From: Lama guanicoe
Lineage: Eukaryota
DNA length: 64,000 bases
Reading direction: 5' to 3'
NCBI GenBank assembly: GCA_013239625.1
Contig: MU053487.1
Span: 1,819,058 to 1,883,057, forward strand
Shown here: piece after piece, positions 1-12,464 of the stretch
Layout of the letters: each line of letters starts with the position of its first letter
Position numbering within the stretch: position 1 is the first letter of the stretch
Translations under genes and position numbers: made by a program
Notes under the pieces: generated by a model
The model's database searches: none
Told to the model about the DNA's origin: nothing
Seen by the model: the letters and a program-made list of their open reading frames with translations, nothing else

Positions 1-261
1 TTTATAGTACTGACATGAGATGAGAGTACAGGGTGGATGAGTTTAGAGATAAATTCATTGTCATTAAATGCTCCTTATCTGAATTCACAAGTCACCTCAA
101 AGATAAATGACTTCCTCCCGATTCTTACATGGGCATCTTTTGAGGGAAATCTCACTGCTACTAAGAAACAGCTAAGTCATTTGTGCAGCTCAGTGGGAAA
201 ACAAAATTCAGGGCCTCTTGTTTAAATTTATTAGTAATTACAAGATAGTGAAAGCAGAGGG

Positions 262-442
262 TTTTTTGTTGTTGTTGTTGTTAAACTATAATTGATTTAC
301 AATGTTGTGTCAATTCCTGGTGTGCAGCACAGTGCTTCAGTCATACATGAACATACATAGATTCGTTTTCATATTCTTTTTCACCATAAGTTACAAGATA
401 TTGAATACAGTTCCCTGTGCTGTACAGTATAAACTTGTTTAT

Positions 443-488
<46 letters not shown>

Positions 489-1032
489 AGTACCTGCAGA
501 CCTCAAACTCAGTTTATCTCATCCCACCCCCTTCCCCAACTGGTAACCGTAAGTTTGTTTTCCAAGTCTGTGAGAAAGCTTGTTTTGTAAATAAGTTCAT
601 TTGTCTTCTTTTTTTTGGATTCCACATTTAAGTGGTATCGTATGGTATTTTTCTTTCTTTCTGGCTTACTTAGAAGGACAATCTCCAGGTCCATCCATTG
701 CTGCAAATGGCATTATTTTACTATCTTTTATGGCTGAGTAGTGTTCCATTGTATAAACATACTACAACTTCTTTATCCAGTCCTCTTTCAATGGACATTT
801 AGGTTGTTTCCACATCTTGGCTATTATAAGCAGTGCTGCAATGAACACGGGGATGCACGTATCTTTTCAAATTTGAGTTCCCTCCAGATATATGCCCAGG
901 AGTGGGAGTGCTGGATCATAGGGTAACTCTATTTTTAGGCTTTTGAGAAATCTCCACACTATTTTCCATAATGGCTGCACTAAACGACATTCCCACCAGC
1001 AGTGTAGGAGGGGTCCCTTCTCTCCACACCCT
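262..1032 (-). mobile_element. Young 5'-truncated LINE-1 (ORF2 C-terminus + 3'UTR)
   Basis: Minus ORF 867..1142 contains [37 protein letters not shown], the L1 ORF2 cysteine-rich end. The 3'UTR matches other L1 copies in the window, and a T/GTT-rich tail lies at 262-292. Confidence 0.93.
449..484. repeat. (CA)n microsatellite inside the L1 3'UTR
   Basis: Pure CA dinucleotide run seen directly. Confidence 0.95.
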
Positions 1033-1304
1033 TGGAGAGGTGCTGTCTTGAGTCTGCCCACACAGGGCTTACCACACAGCCTGCCAGCTTCCAAAGCGGG
1101 TGAGGAGGGAGGTGTTGAGAGGTGAGCCTTCGCCATTATCACTTGCGGTAACTCTCAGAGGACAAGACGGTAAGATGCCAAGATAGGAGAAAATGCTCTC
1201 AAACTAAACTGAAACATCAGCTTTAAAGAGCTGATAGAGAGAGGAAAGGTCAGCCAAGCCCTTGTCCCACGAATGCCTCTTCCTCAGCCAACAATGACCA
1301 ATTG

Positions 1305-1770
1305 CAGATGACCCCAACTTACAGCGGTTTGACTTACGATTTTTCAGCTTTACGACGGGTAGAAGTGAGATGCATTCAAGTAGAAACTGTACTTTGAATT
1401 TGGGGTTCGGACCTCCCGGGCTGGCGGGAGGCAGTGTGCGCTGGGAAGCAGCAGGGAATGCAGCTCCTGGCCAGCCACGTGGTCACCAGGGTGCACAAGC
1501 CACCCACACAAGTCAGTGTTTGTACACGTTAAACCCAGACCGCCATTTCGTTTCCCGCGTTCAGTACAGTATTCAGTGAATTATATGAGATACCTGACAC
1601 TGGATTATAAAACAGGCCTTGTGTTGGATGATTCTGACCAGCTCTAGGCTAACGTAAGTGTTCTGAGCATGTTCAAGGTCGGCGAGGCTGAACTATGATG
1701 TTCGGCAGGGGAGGCGTACTGAGTGTATTTCCCACTTCGAGTAGGTTTACCCTAAGTCAAGGAACATCTG
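1305..1770. mobile_element. Tigger-family non-autonomous DNA transposon, MER82-like
   Basis: Terminal inverted repeats cagatgaccccaactta ... taagtcaaggaacatctg; the interior resembles the recalled MER82 consensus. Confidence 0.8.
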
Positions 1771-1849
1771 TCCTGAACTGTGCCAGGCAGGTTGAAATGC
1801 CCGCCGAGTGTGGCTGAAGCCAGACCCGCCTGACGCCACAGCTCACCTC

Positions 1850-2050
1850 AACCAAAGCCCAGTTTTCTCATTCTCTAAAACAAGGATAATAAGAGAATTT
1901 TATTCGAAGCTTAAGGGATGATTAGTGAATTCACATGAATGACAGACTGAGTGCCACGACCTGACACAGGAAAACATCTCAATAAATGGCAGGACTACTG
2001 CACTTACTTCTGTTGAGGACACTAACATTAATTCAGTAAATACTACCTGG
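1850..2050 (+). mobile_element. MIR SINE fragment
   Basis: Core-like agttttctcattctctaaaacaaggataataa followed by atctcaataaatggcag. Confidence 0.6.
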
Positions 2051-2169
2051 GTGCCAGTCCAATGCCTGCGATCCACGGCGTCCAGAGAGAACAAGGACAG
2101 GAGAACCAGGCAGACAGGAGGGAGGGTGGGGCGCCTCCGGAGACTGAGGTGTGTTGTCCCTCATCACGG

Positions 2170-2560
2170 GTGGCTTTGGTCGGGTTTTGGCTTCTCTCTC
2201 AAATCAGACCCCAAGACAAGGATTCGAGGGCAAATGAGGCAGGGAAGAGGAGCCAAGCAGCCGTGGCCGTGGCGCCAAGCAGGGGCCGCTCCGGGAACCC
2301 AGCTCCCAGCCGGCTGGAGGGCCTGAGCCTGAGTCCCCCGCCCCACCGTCCACCGCCGGGGTACCTGCCCGCGCGGCCCCACTGGGGACTGGGTGACAGC
2401 CGCTGTCCCCGGCATTAACTCCCCAGAAACTGAGTGTGCTGTGAGCCAGGAAACAGCCCACAGGCAGAGAAGTTCAAGTGTTCAGGATAAGCAGTCTCTG
2501 AGGGACGAAGAAAGGGCTACAGAAGGGGGAGGAGGCAGTGGCAATGGCAGCATCTGACAG
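2170..2560. mobile_element. Old ERVL solo LTR, LTR33/LTR16-like
   Basis: cagaccccaagacaaggattcgagggcaa and the terminal cagcatctg motif resemble these families; the copy is unusually GC-rich. Confidence 0.5.
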
Positions 2561-4149
2561 AGGGTCCATATAAAGGCGATACTTGCGTTTATACCTCAAA
2601 TGCTGGTGTTTGTATCCTGGTTTTGTTGGTGCCTTCTGGGACCCCAGGGGTTGATTATAGTTCTACTTAGTAATAATGAAATACAATTTGGATCAGCAGT
2701 GAGACACGGAAAGATCTGGACGAGACATTTTGGAAGAGATACCAGAATGGAAGACAGATGGATTTCACGGATGCCAGGCTGGGGGACACATCCCGGGGAA
2801 ATCGCCCCCCGTCTGAAAGCGGGCCTGGGGCCCTGGGAGTGAGAGGCAGCTTCACTAACAGCAAGACGGTACCCGTGCACCAGGCAGAAGGATGTGACTG
2901 AGATCTTGAAAGTACCTCTCCCACGAGGCAGGGAGTGGGACTTCGTGGAGCAGAACTGGAGTGTCGACTTGTGTGCCACTCCTGCCCAAAAGAGCTGACT
3001 CCACTTCCTGACACCTTTCTGTGCCTGAGGCTCTAGCATGACCTCACCTATCACAGCCTCCACGTGAAACAGACTGAAATACCCCCATCCAGAGAGGACA
3101 AGTGACGGGCCAATTAGCAGGGAGAGTGGATCAAAGCCGATGCTCTTTCCACCCACCATGCGTCCCCATCTTTTGGGGAAACCACCCCATGCCATGTACT
3201 GAGCTGGGGACTCTTGCCCAAACAGCCTCTGTTGATTTTAGGCTGCCATCTCCCGCAGGGAGCCAAGAACCCAACACTGATTCCACACAGTTTCTCTGGA
3301 CCACGGTTTCCCCTGACCTCCCCAACGCAGTTTCCCTTCCCACCTGCACTACGCTGGGTCTGAAATTACTTTCTACTCTTAACAGGTATACCGAATTTTC
3401 CATGAACTTAGGATAAAATATGTAAGACAGTAGGTTTTTTCCCCGTCCAGAATGAGAAAAGAGCATGTTTGAAGTCATTGAAATTGAACAATTTTCAGTT
3501 GTTACTTATGTTACTGAGCCTTTCCGAGGGATAAATGTCGCTGTGAATGCAGCTGCTCCTCCCAGCTAGGAGGGTGGCTCCAGGCTTACTGCAGTATGTT
3601 GCGTTATAGAGGGAAATGGTTTGATGCAGACTCCTGGGAAACAGAAACTTCATTTTAAGCTGCACTTATTTTATAATGCAAACTTATCTATCTTACTGGC
3701 AGATTAGTGGTTTAGATTTCTAAATACCACGCTATTCAAATGTCAGATCTGCTCAAGACAAAAATAGGGTTCCTCAAGCACTAACGGTGACTGGTCATCA
3801 CTAGCAACTGGAAAATGTGTTACACTGCTGATTCCTACGCGATGCTCGAGAGAGTCAGGTTAATACTTCAGGCACTCTGTGTGTGTGTGTTTTATAAACC
3901 AGCTAGATGAGTCCTATGAAGGTAACTCTCAAAACAATGATTAGATCCATAATTAAATGAGATTACTTGCGCATTTGGAAAATATTTTGGCAGTATTTTT
4001 AACAAATTTGACATAACTTTACTTCTGGAGATTAAGCCTATAAAAGTTAATTTGCAGATGGGAGTAGCCCATGTGTGGGATGGTCAGGCACCCCAATGTC
4101 TTCTTGAAATAGTGGTAACCCCGAAAAAAACAAAATGTCTAAATATAGA

Positions 4150-4300
4150 AGAATGTAAATTTATGCAAATTATTTAACCACGATGGAACTCAGTTTCCTC
4201 AAATGCAACAGTAATAATTCTTACCCAACAGGGTCGTTAAGATGATAATACAAATGTCTGTGGAGTGCTTGCTCAGTATCCACTAAATGTTAGTATCCAT
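4150..4300 (+). mobile_element. MIR SINE fragment
   Basis: ctcagtttcctcaaatgcaacagtaataa, a MIR core motif. Confidence 0.6.
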
Positions 4301-4532
4301 GCTTCCCCTTCCCCTACACCAATCAAGACATTCGGTCAATAAAGTAATGTGTACCAGCTATTACCATTCAGAGATGTTTGCAGCACAATATTAATTGAAA
4401 ACAGGGTCCATAACGTAACTTCAGTATGAAGCAGCTGACAAGTATGCGTTGTGACCTACTGCATTTGATGCACTGTGTGAAGAGCTCAGGAAACAGGGAT
4501 TAATGGACCTGACTTGGACTCTTTTCTGACAG

Positions 4533-4925
4533 AAATAAGTTTGTCTTTTTTTTTTTTTTAGATAGACATACCGTATGATATCACTTATAAATGGAATCTA
4601 AAAAAAAAAGACAAATTTATTTACAAAACAGAAACAGACTCACAGACATAGGAAACTTATGGTTACTGGGGGGAGGGGGAAAGGGATAAATTGGGAGTTC
4701 GAGATTTGCAGATAGTAATATATATATAAAATAGATAAACAGTAAGTTTATACTGTATAGGCAGGGAATTATATTCAGTATCTTGCAGTAACTTACGGTG
4801 AAAAAGAATATGAAAACGAATATATGTATGTTCCTGTCTGACTGAAGCATTGTGCTGTGCACCAGAAACTGACACAACATTGTAACCTGACTGTACTTCA
4901 ATAAAAATATAAATTAAAAGAAAAT
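4533..4925 (+). mobile_element. Young LINE-1 3'UTR fragment with inverted 5' segment
   Basis: Near-identical to the 3'UTRs at about 16540-16880 and 51480-51820; caataaa plus an A-rich tail; 4533-4563 is the reverse complement of 4596-4622. Confidence 0.92.
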
Positions 4926-5582
4926 GCAAATTGTAATTAGTATAGTGCCCAGCTACACAGCCACTCTTTGGACTGAAGAAGGCTCACACGGGAGCAAGTG
5001 CAGTGCCATATCCCTGGGCCTTACGTTTGCACACGCTTCCTGAACATCCCAGCTTCTCTCCTTCCCTTGTCCCACACAAACATGCAAGGCCACCACGAGG
5101 GCAAATTCATACTCATGTTCCACAACTGAAGGCAGATGTTGCCTTCTTGAATCCTGTCTTTCAAGTTCCCATGTTTTCACTGTGCTTTTTAAATGCCTCT
5201 CTCAACATTTTGAGTGTATGTATTTTTCTCTATAAGTCTGGGAGCTCCACCAAGGCGGTCTGTCATCTTACTCATTCCCTTAAGCTCAGTATTTAACTTG
5301 GATCCCAGCACACACAATGGTTCAATATGAAATAATGAATGAACACAGGACCTGGTATCAGCATCTATGACACCGTGACACCGGGTCACCTAACTCCCCG
5401 ACGCTTGAGTACCTCTCTATCTCTAACTGAAGGAGGTGACTGCTACTTGCTCCTGTCTCCTCTACGCTGCTTTTCTGGTGTGTAATCAGTTAATCACCGC
5501 AAAACTCTCAGAAGATAAGGGACACGAACAATGCCAGATGGCAACCAAGTCCCAAGGCACCCCGAGGAGGCCTGTCAGTCAG

Positions 5583-5590
5583 TGACGTCA
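5583..5590. promoter_or_regulatory. Full palindromic CRE (CREB/ATF) motif, function unproven
   Basis: TGACGTCA with its CpG intact, in a locally CpG-retaining stretch with no recognisable repeat. Confidence 0.3.
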
Positions 5591-6079
5591 CGGAGTGCAG
5601 CTTCCAGCACCAGACAGTCCGACAGCTGCGGAATCTCGTCTGTATGTCACGCTGGTGTCGGGGATCCTGGGGCCTCAGCTATGATTCCTGCTCATTGATG
5701 TTCATAATCTCAGCTCTGCTAGCACCTGTTCGGATATATCACTGAAAGGTGAACATGTACCACCACTGCATTTGGCTCTGATATTCAATTTCACATGTGT
5801 TCTTTATTTATCTGCAACAGTTGCAAACCTTTTATAGTCATGAATTCTACCATCACAGGAGGAATTCGAGGCTGGGATTGTCTAGGAACAAGCTGGCACT
5901 AGCTCTGGAATGTGATGGTCAACTCTAGTCATGTTGTCTCACTTTGAATAATCAGATGTTGGATGAAAAGCAAATACGGCTGCTTAAATGCAAATAAACT
6001 TACAAATAAACACACATAAATGCACTTCCTAAAACTGTACACGCTTCCCAATATTTCCATTTCCTAATATTCCCCCAAA

Positions 6080-6255
6080 TTCGCTGCAACAGTGGACCCT
6101 CCAACCCCCATTCAAGCCACCCCAGCTGATCCTGCAAGGAGCAGAGCTGTTCTCATCAAGCCCTGCCCAACGTGAAGATGTAAGAGAAAAATGTTTGTTT
6201 TTTCAGCCTCTAAGTTATAAGGTGGTTTGTTACACTGCCAGTGATAAATGATGTA
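6080..6255 (+). mobile_element. MaLR MLT1 LTR 3' fragment
   Basis: aaatgtttgttttttcagcctctaagttataaggtggtttgttacactgc resembles the MLT1 3' end. Confidence 0.65.
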
Positions 6256-6379
6256 GTCCCCTCTCCACTCCTGATTCCTGCTCTTACAGCCAGACATTTT
6301 TAAACTCGTTTTGCTATTTCTTCTGGAAGTTGCTTCCGTACTTCTAGCTAGCATCATCTCAATACCAACTAAAGGAAGT

Positions 6380-6510
6380 TACGCACTTTCTGAGGCTCAG
6401 TTTATCATCTGTAAACGGGGGTAGCAATTACAGCTTTGTCACTGGTTCTCCTAAGGATTTCCTGAGACCATAAACTTAGACACATAGTACAGGAAATGGC
6501 ACAGGGTAAG
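6380..6510 (+). mobile_element. MIR SINE fragment
   Basis: ctgaggctcagtttatcatctgtaaacgggggtag, a MIR core motif. Confidence 0.65.
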
Positions 6511-9500
6511 GAATATACAAAGTATAATTTTTAATTAGAAGAAAAATCACACTTTCCAAGTCAATGTAGACTAATCAAGAGAGTGAAGACCCATAACAAG
6601 GATGCACATCGTCAGGGTCTATCTAAATTTAAAATTAGCATGACCTTGAAACAACAGAGTCAGGCACAGCTGAGTCGGTTCATATATGTTCATGTAGCTA
6701 TTTCTCAATTTTTAAAATAGTGGACAAACTATACTACAGAAGATGACCACTTAGCTCTCTTACAGTGATTATGAAGGCATTCCTTCTCCACCTCCCTGCT
6801 ATGGTACCATCATAAATTTTTATTTAACTAGTATCTACATTATAACCTTTTAAATAATTTTATATCTGATCCATATTCTATGATTAACCTATGTCCTTTT
6901 TTCATTTTTGAAGCTATTTCTTACAGCTTTCTTGTTCTGGTGAATATTCTATTACCTGCCATTAATTCATAAACAAATGCTTTGCTTTAAGCATTCCTCT
7001 GACTCTCGGCTGCCTGTCCAAGTTCGCAAGTGAGTTACTGAAAATCTTCCTGTCACTGCCCGCAAAACCTTCTCAGGGCTGCCCCGGCACGACCTCTCCT
7101 GCTCCTTCCTTCCTCCCTTCCCTTTTAATCCCTTCTCCATGGTTGGGTCTCCTCCTCTGTGGGACTTTCCAGGACCTGCCCTCAGGCATTGTCTTATGAT
7201 TTAGTCTAAAACAAGATGTTGGAAGTAGATATGATATAAAAGAATAATAGGACTTGAGACTCTTAAAATCAATTAGAGTTCAGTAAGAGAATTCCTCTTA
7301 AATTGTGAAAAAAAAAGTATACACACACACACACACACACACTACATACGTGCACACACACATGTATTTTCTTTCACATTGGTGGACTGTTCCCTTTTGA
7401 ATGGATCATGAAATTAAATCAGACTTTCTGTTTCTCTCTTTTGATAAGTTAGCTAACATTCAATACACCAGGAAAGCTGCATAGACCAATGAAGCAACCC
7501 CCATCATGAAGAGTCAGGTAGACAAGCTCACTGTCTCTCTGCTTTGCATTCTACTTCTTCTAAACAATAGTAGACCTGTTCGTCTTGAAGAAGGATGTTC
7601 TTAGAATCAAAACGGTTAGCAATCTCCTAAGTTACAGGGAGGGCTCTACGCCCCCTTCTCATGCACTTTTTCCCCATGTGAAATCAGAAGAGCGCAGTGG
7701 GGTCTGTATGCTGTTCACATACTACACCCTCCATCCCCTTTGGCTGAAAGTGATAACAGACGGCGTTTTCTAGCAGAAAAATAAACCTGGGCATCTTACA
7801 AAAACAAGTTCTTCAAGTGTAAATGGCTTATTTTATATTCTCTTTCTTCTTCTTTCTCCCTACCCCCCTCTTCTTCCTGCTCCACCCCCACCCTCACCTA
7901 CAGCTCCTGTACTGAAACCAAGTGCAAAGAACGTATCTGTCTATTTAAGAGCTTGTAAAAGACAGGCAGGAGAGTGTTAACTGCTGCAGACTTGGTGATA
8001 AAAATCAAATATAGCGTTAACACTTGACTCTTTTTTTCATCCATAGCTGCTGCTCTGTTTTAGAAATCCCAAACTGATTTGTCAAGACAGATCAAAGAGA
8101 CAAAAAAAAAATGTCTACTGGGATTACTGCTTCTGAGGGTGAACAAAAGACAGACAGCGAGTTATAGGGAAGGAAAAAAGGGAGGGGGGAGCGTGCTGTC
8201 CCAGCTTCATTACTTTTCAGAAGGCCAGCTAATGACAACCTTCGCCGCCCTCCTGATAAAGAGAAGCTACAGTGTTTCCACCTTGCCCTCATCTCTCTGA
8301 GACTTACCACAGCCTAACACCTTGCCCTCTTGTTTTGAGAGCCCAGAACCCTGAGCGCTTCCAGTTCTTTCCTCCAGAGCACATAACGGAAGGCAGCGGG
8401 TGCGATGGTCTCAATACACCCTGAGTCATCACGAGTAACTCTCTCTGAGACTCACTGTTCTCATCTGCAAAACAGGTACCAGTATTCTAGCTGGGCGTTA
8501 GTGTGGCTGGATTTGGAAAACAGAGAATCCTGTCAACCTCGCTCTGGTCAGATGAACTGTCACATACATGTGCTCATCTACATTTGTCTGTCTGGTGTGG
8601 GGGCGTGTGTTTTCATGTACAAAAAGAGAGATATGGAGCAACAGGTTAAAAGGTAGAAAGGAAAAGAAATAGAAAGGCGAGGATCAGGATGAATATCCTA
8701 GGATGTGTGTACATATATATTCACGTATTTATACACACAGAAATAATTTAACTGTGCAATAAAACCAGCTGTGAGTACAGCAACACGACGGGAAAATACC
8801 CTTAAAAGAAACACTTTCCTTTGCCTTTACAGGGCACAGGGTTGAGCACAGCAAATTTAATCCCACCACACTGCCGTTCTGTCTGTTAAAATGTGAGCAC
8901 TGTGTAAAAGGCAGAACAGGAAAGGGTTTGGTTCTTAACTGTTCTTTTCATGCTCAGTCTTCAGGATCCGTCTTAGGTCACTTGATCCAGAGACCTGAAA
9001 GACACTTGTTCTTATCTCAGAAAATATAAATCTGTAGACAATGTGAATCCAATATCAATAAACATTTTGCTAATTTTGATGAGATTTCCCTTTGTGGATC
9101 GTATCTGGAGTTCGCCACCTAATCCGTAAAACAAGGATAGTCTCTCGAAGCATTTATGTATGTTTTCATTATTATAGAAGGTGAAACACAGTAAGAACCA
9201 ACCCCCCCACCAAATCCCTCCAAACTTTGTGGAAGAGATTTTCACTCCTTACAGCGGTTTTGTGGGACGAGAGCCGCCACTACCAGACACTGCACGTGTA
9301 AAAACACGTGAAGGTTTTGCTTGGTGGAGGGAAAGAAATGAAATCCTCAGACGGGAAACACAGAGAAAGGCCAGCCGTGGCAGCTGGGCACCGGGAAAGG
9401 AACAAATGTAACGTTTCTGCCGTGAGTGGGAGACATCCAGCCAGCTCTACTGCAGAGCTCCTTCAAGGGACACAACGACGTATGCGTCAGCGAGCGAACC

Positions 9501-9869
9501 CAAAGGGCGGGGAAGGGAGGCGAGTGAAAGAGATGACCGAGGGCCTGGGATCAGAATCCTCTACGACTGACGCTGGCCTACAAGCAGCTGAACTCAGAAC
9601 GATGAAGACCAGGACTCTGAGCCTGGCTGCGGTGCCAGGCATGGAATGAAGATGGAAGGCCCTTGCTCAGGCATGCGGGAATGCAAAGGGTCCATAAAGC
9701 CTGAATGCGCCTGAACAGGAGAAGACTTGCCACAAGTCATGACTGAGAAAATCTGCTACCAGCTGAGTCACGTGGGGAACTCAGAGTTGTTTCACGTGGT
9801 TTAATAAAATGCAGGAGCGTGACATTTTCCAAACCTGAGATTTTGGAGTCAAGTTTATCGCAGTTACAA

Positions 9870-10760
9870 CATTCATTTCGCATCTAGGAAGATCTAGAGA
9901 GTAAAATGAGAAAGCAGGTGCTGTCTTTTCCTAGAGGAGATTACAGTCTAGCGGTCATTCCTAACAGCTACAGAATGAGCCAGAGACGGGCGGGGGAAGC
10001 GGGGATGAATGAGCCAGAGATGGGCAGGGAAGGGGAGATGAAGGACACGCGCTGGGTCCTGAAAGAGGAGTAAGAACTTTGTTAAAGGACAAGAGGCTGG
10101 AAGGTACTTAACAGAGGACATGAACACTGTCTGTGTCCATCATGAATAAGTGTGTAGATGTGGATATTTTTTAAAGTTGCTAATAAGGAAGAAAGAGAAG
10201 ATGCATATAAATCTAGCAGAGTGAGCAGGAGCAGATCCCGCAAGGCCTGGCGGCATGAGAAGTGGGTCTGCTGTATAAAACGACCACAGAGTCCCGGGGG
10301 CGTTTTTCAAGCAGCAGAGCAACCTGGTCAGATCTGTGGAGTAGGAAGAGGTGGTGGGTAAATAAAGGTGAGAAGAGGAGGTAAGACTGGAAGGAACTCC
10401 AGTCCAGACCTAAAATTACGGACTGGTAGAAATGGATGTGGGAAACCTGGGAGGTGAGTTCAATACAGCGTTTATATTGTAAAATTCAGTCATGTTCACT
10501 GCTCTTTTGCTAGAATCTGGCATATAGTTCCCAGCACAAAGTAGAAATCTGAGAAGTACGTTCTGACTAAAGGGAGTAGAAGAGGACCCCAGCATCCCAC
10601 CTTGATAACTGAAATAAGGAACTCAAGAGTGGGGCTTTGGCCAAGATAAAGGGTTTGATTTTGGACCTCTTGAATTTGAAGATCCTGCAGCTCATCCAGG
10701 TGGAGAGGTTCAGGATGCAGTGAGATGTGTGGGTCAGGGACTCGCACAGAGGTTGGGACA
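9870..10760 (-). mobile_element. LINE-2 fragments
   Basis: Purine-rich antisense L2 signature, e.g. ttttggacctcttgaatttgaagatcctgcagctcatccaggtggagaggttcagg. Confidence 0.6.
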
Positions 10761-11335
10761 AAGGAGTATCAGCAAGAAAGTTATTCCCCCAACACTCTGC
10801 ACTCAGAACCAACTGACCTGGGAAGCCAGATACTAGTCAGCAAGGTCCCTGGACACAGTCTTGCTAAAAAGAGGGCATACTTACAGAGATATATATTGAA
10901 CACTGACTTTTCAAAAGATGTGTTTAAAAACACCCTGGTTTTTAGACACTTTTTGATAAGGCTATATTTAATTAAGAATATTTTCTAAAAGTATCCCAAA
11001 GGAGTTTTAAAGACAAATGTATCTCTTTTTGTAATTATATACTATTCCTCATACATTAGAAATAAAAGTTGCTTATAATGCTCACTGATTTTCAAGGAAG
11101 GGGTATCAGGGTCCAATCACATGGTAAGCCTTTTTTTGCTGAGTATGACCAACAGTACACTTCTGCAAGCTTAGCATGGTAATGGAGGAAAGTGAATTCC
11201 TTAGTTATATAAAAAGGGAAGAATTTTAATGAATAACAGATGGTGAGGATGTGAGAAGGTAGAATATGAAGAGCAGAGATGGGAGGAGAGGGCATCACTA
11301 TGAATGATACATCCTTCTCTATAATTACAGGTCTT

Positions 11336-11890
11336 ATGGAAGCAACCTAAATGCATATCGACAGATGACTGGATAAAGAAGCTGTGGTATATTTATACAA
11401 TGGAATACTACTCAGCCATAAAAAGAATAAAATAATGCCATTTGCAGCAGCATAGACAGACATGGAGATCATCATTCTAAGTGAAGTAAGCCAGAAAGAG
11501 AAAGAAAAATACCATATGTTATCATTCATACGTGGAACTAAAAACAAGAAAAGAAAAAGAGGATACTAATGAACTTATCTACAAAACAGAAACAGATTCA
11601 CAGACATAGCAAACAATTTTATGGTTACTGGGGAAAAGTGGGTGGGGAAGGATAAATTTTTGGAGTTTTGAGATTTGCAAAGGTTAACCACTATATATAA
11701 AAATAGATAAACAACAAGTTTCTTCTGTATAGCACAGGGACCTATATTCAGTATCTTGTAATAAGCTTTAATGAAGAAGAATATGAAAACGAATATATGT
11801 GTGTATATGCATGACTGGGACATTGTGCTGTACACCAGAAACTGACACATTGTAACTGACTGTACTTCAATAAAACAAAAAAAAATTAAT
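11336..11890 (+). mobile_element. Young 5'-truncated LINE-1 with perfect 16-bp TSD
   Basis: L1 ORF2 end plus 3'UTR and poly(A); tataattacaggtctt flanks it at 11320-11335 and 11891-11906. Confidence 0.96.
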
Positions 11891-12464
11891 TATAATTACA
11901 GGTCTTGAGGAAATCGGTGAAGGGCCTGAGTTTTAAAGTTGTGTGTATCTTGTGGCCTTGTGTAAAGTTTTCTGTGTCTTGATTTATACGGCAGAGTACA
12001 GATATACCATAAGAGGATTTAGGAGCACAGAAGGAGAAGGGGTCCAGGTAATAGAAGGAATTGCTAGCAATCTTCAAGAGGCTTTGGATAATCTCCGGTG
12101 GGAGAACTGAGTCTTGAAGCAGTTCAATCATTAGGAGACCTGAGTTCACTTCTGAGTTACACCTCAGTAATACAATCCCGTTCATGAGAAAAATCTCCTA
12201 ATATCTTTAGGAACATTTATCTATGTAGAAAATCTATAATTAAAGAATGTTACTTCACACTGGCTTTAAACATTGATGCACTAAATCTACTAAAACCATA
12301 AATTGTATTATGAGTCCTTAACATTTAGATCACCATCTGTTCAGTTCTCTCCACCTTCATGGTCCTTCTATAATATCAGGCTTGAAACAGTTATCTCATT
12401 TGGGAAAAATATGAGCTCAGAGAAAATCAAGTCAGGGTTTTAAGACAGCACTAACACTTGTGGA

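Noticed and set aside
1068..1205. Minus-frame peptide containing VTASDNG, reminiscent of a cadherin repeat motif
   Set aside because: The surrounding residues do not fit a cadherin domain, and I saw no other cadherin exons.
2596..3195. 199-aa minus-strand ORF, the longest in the track
   Set aside because: No recognisable domain or convincing exon boundaries; one or two stop-free runs of about 200 codons are plausible by chance in six frames of 64 kb where GC is high.
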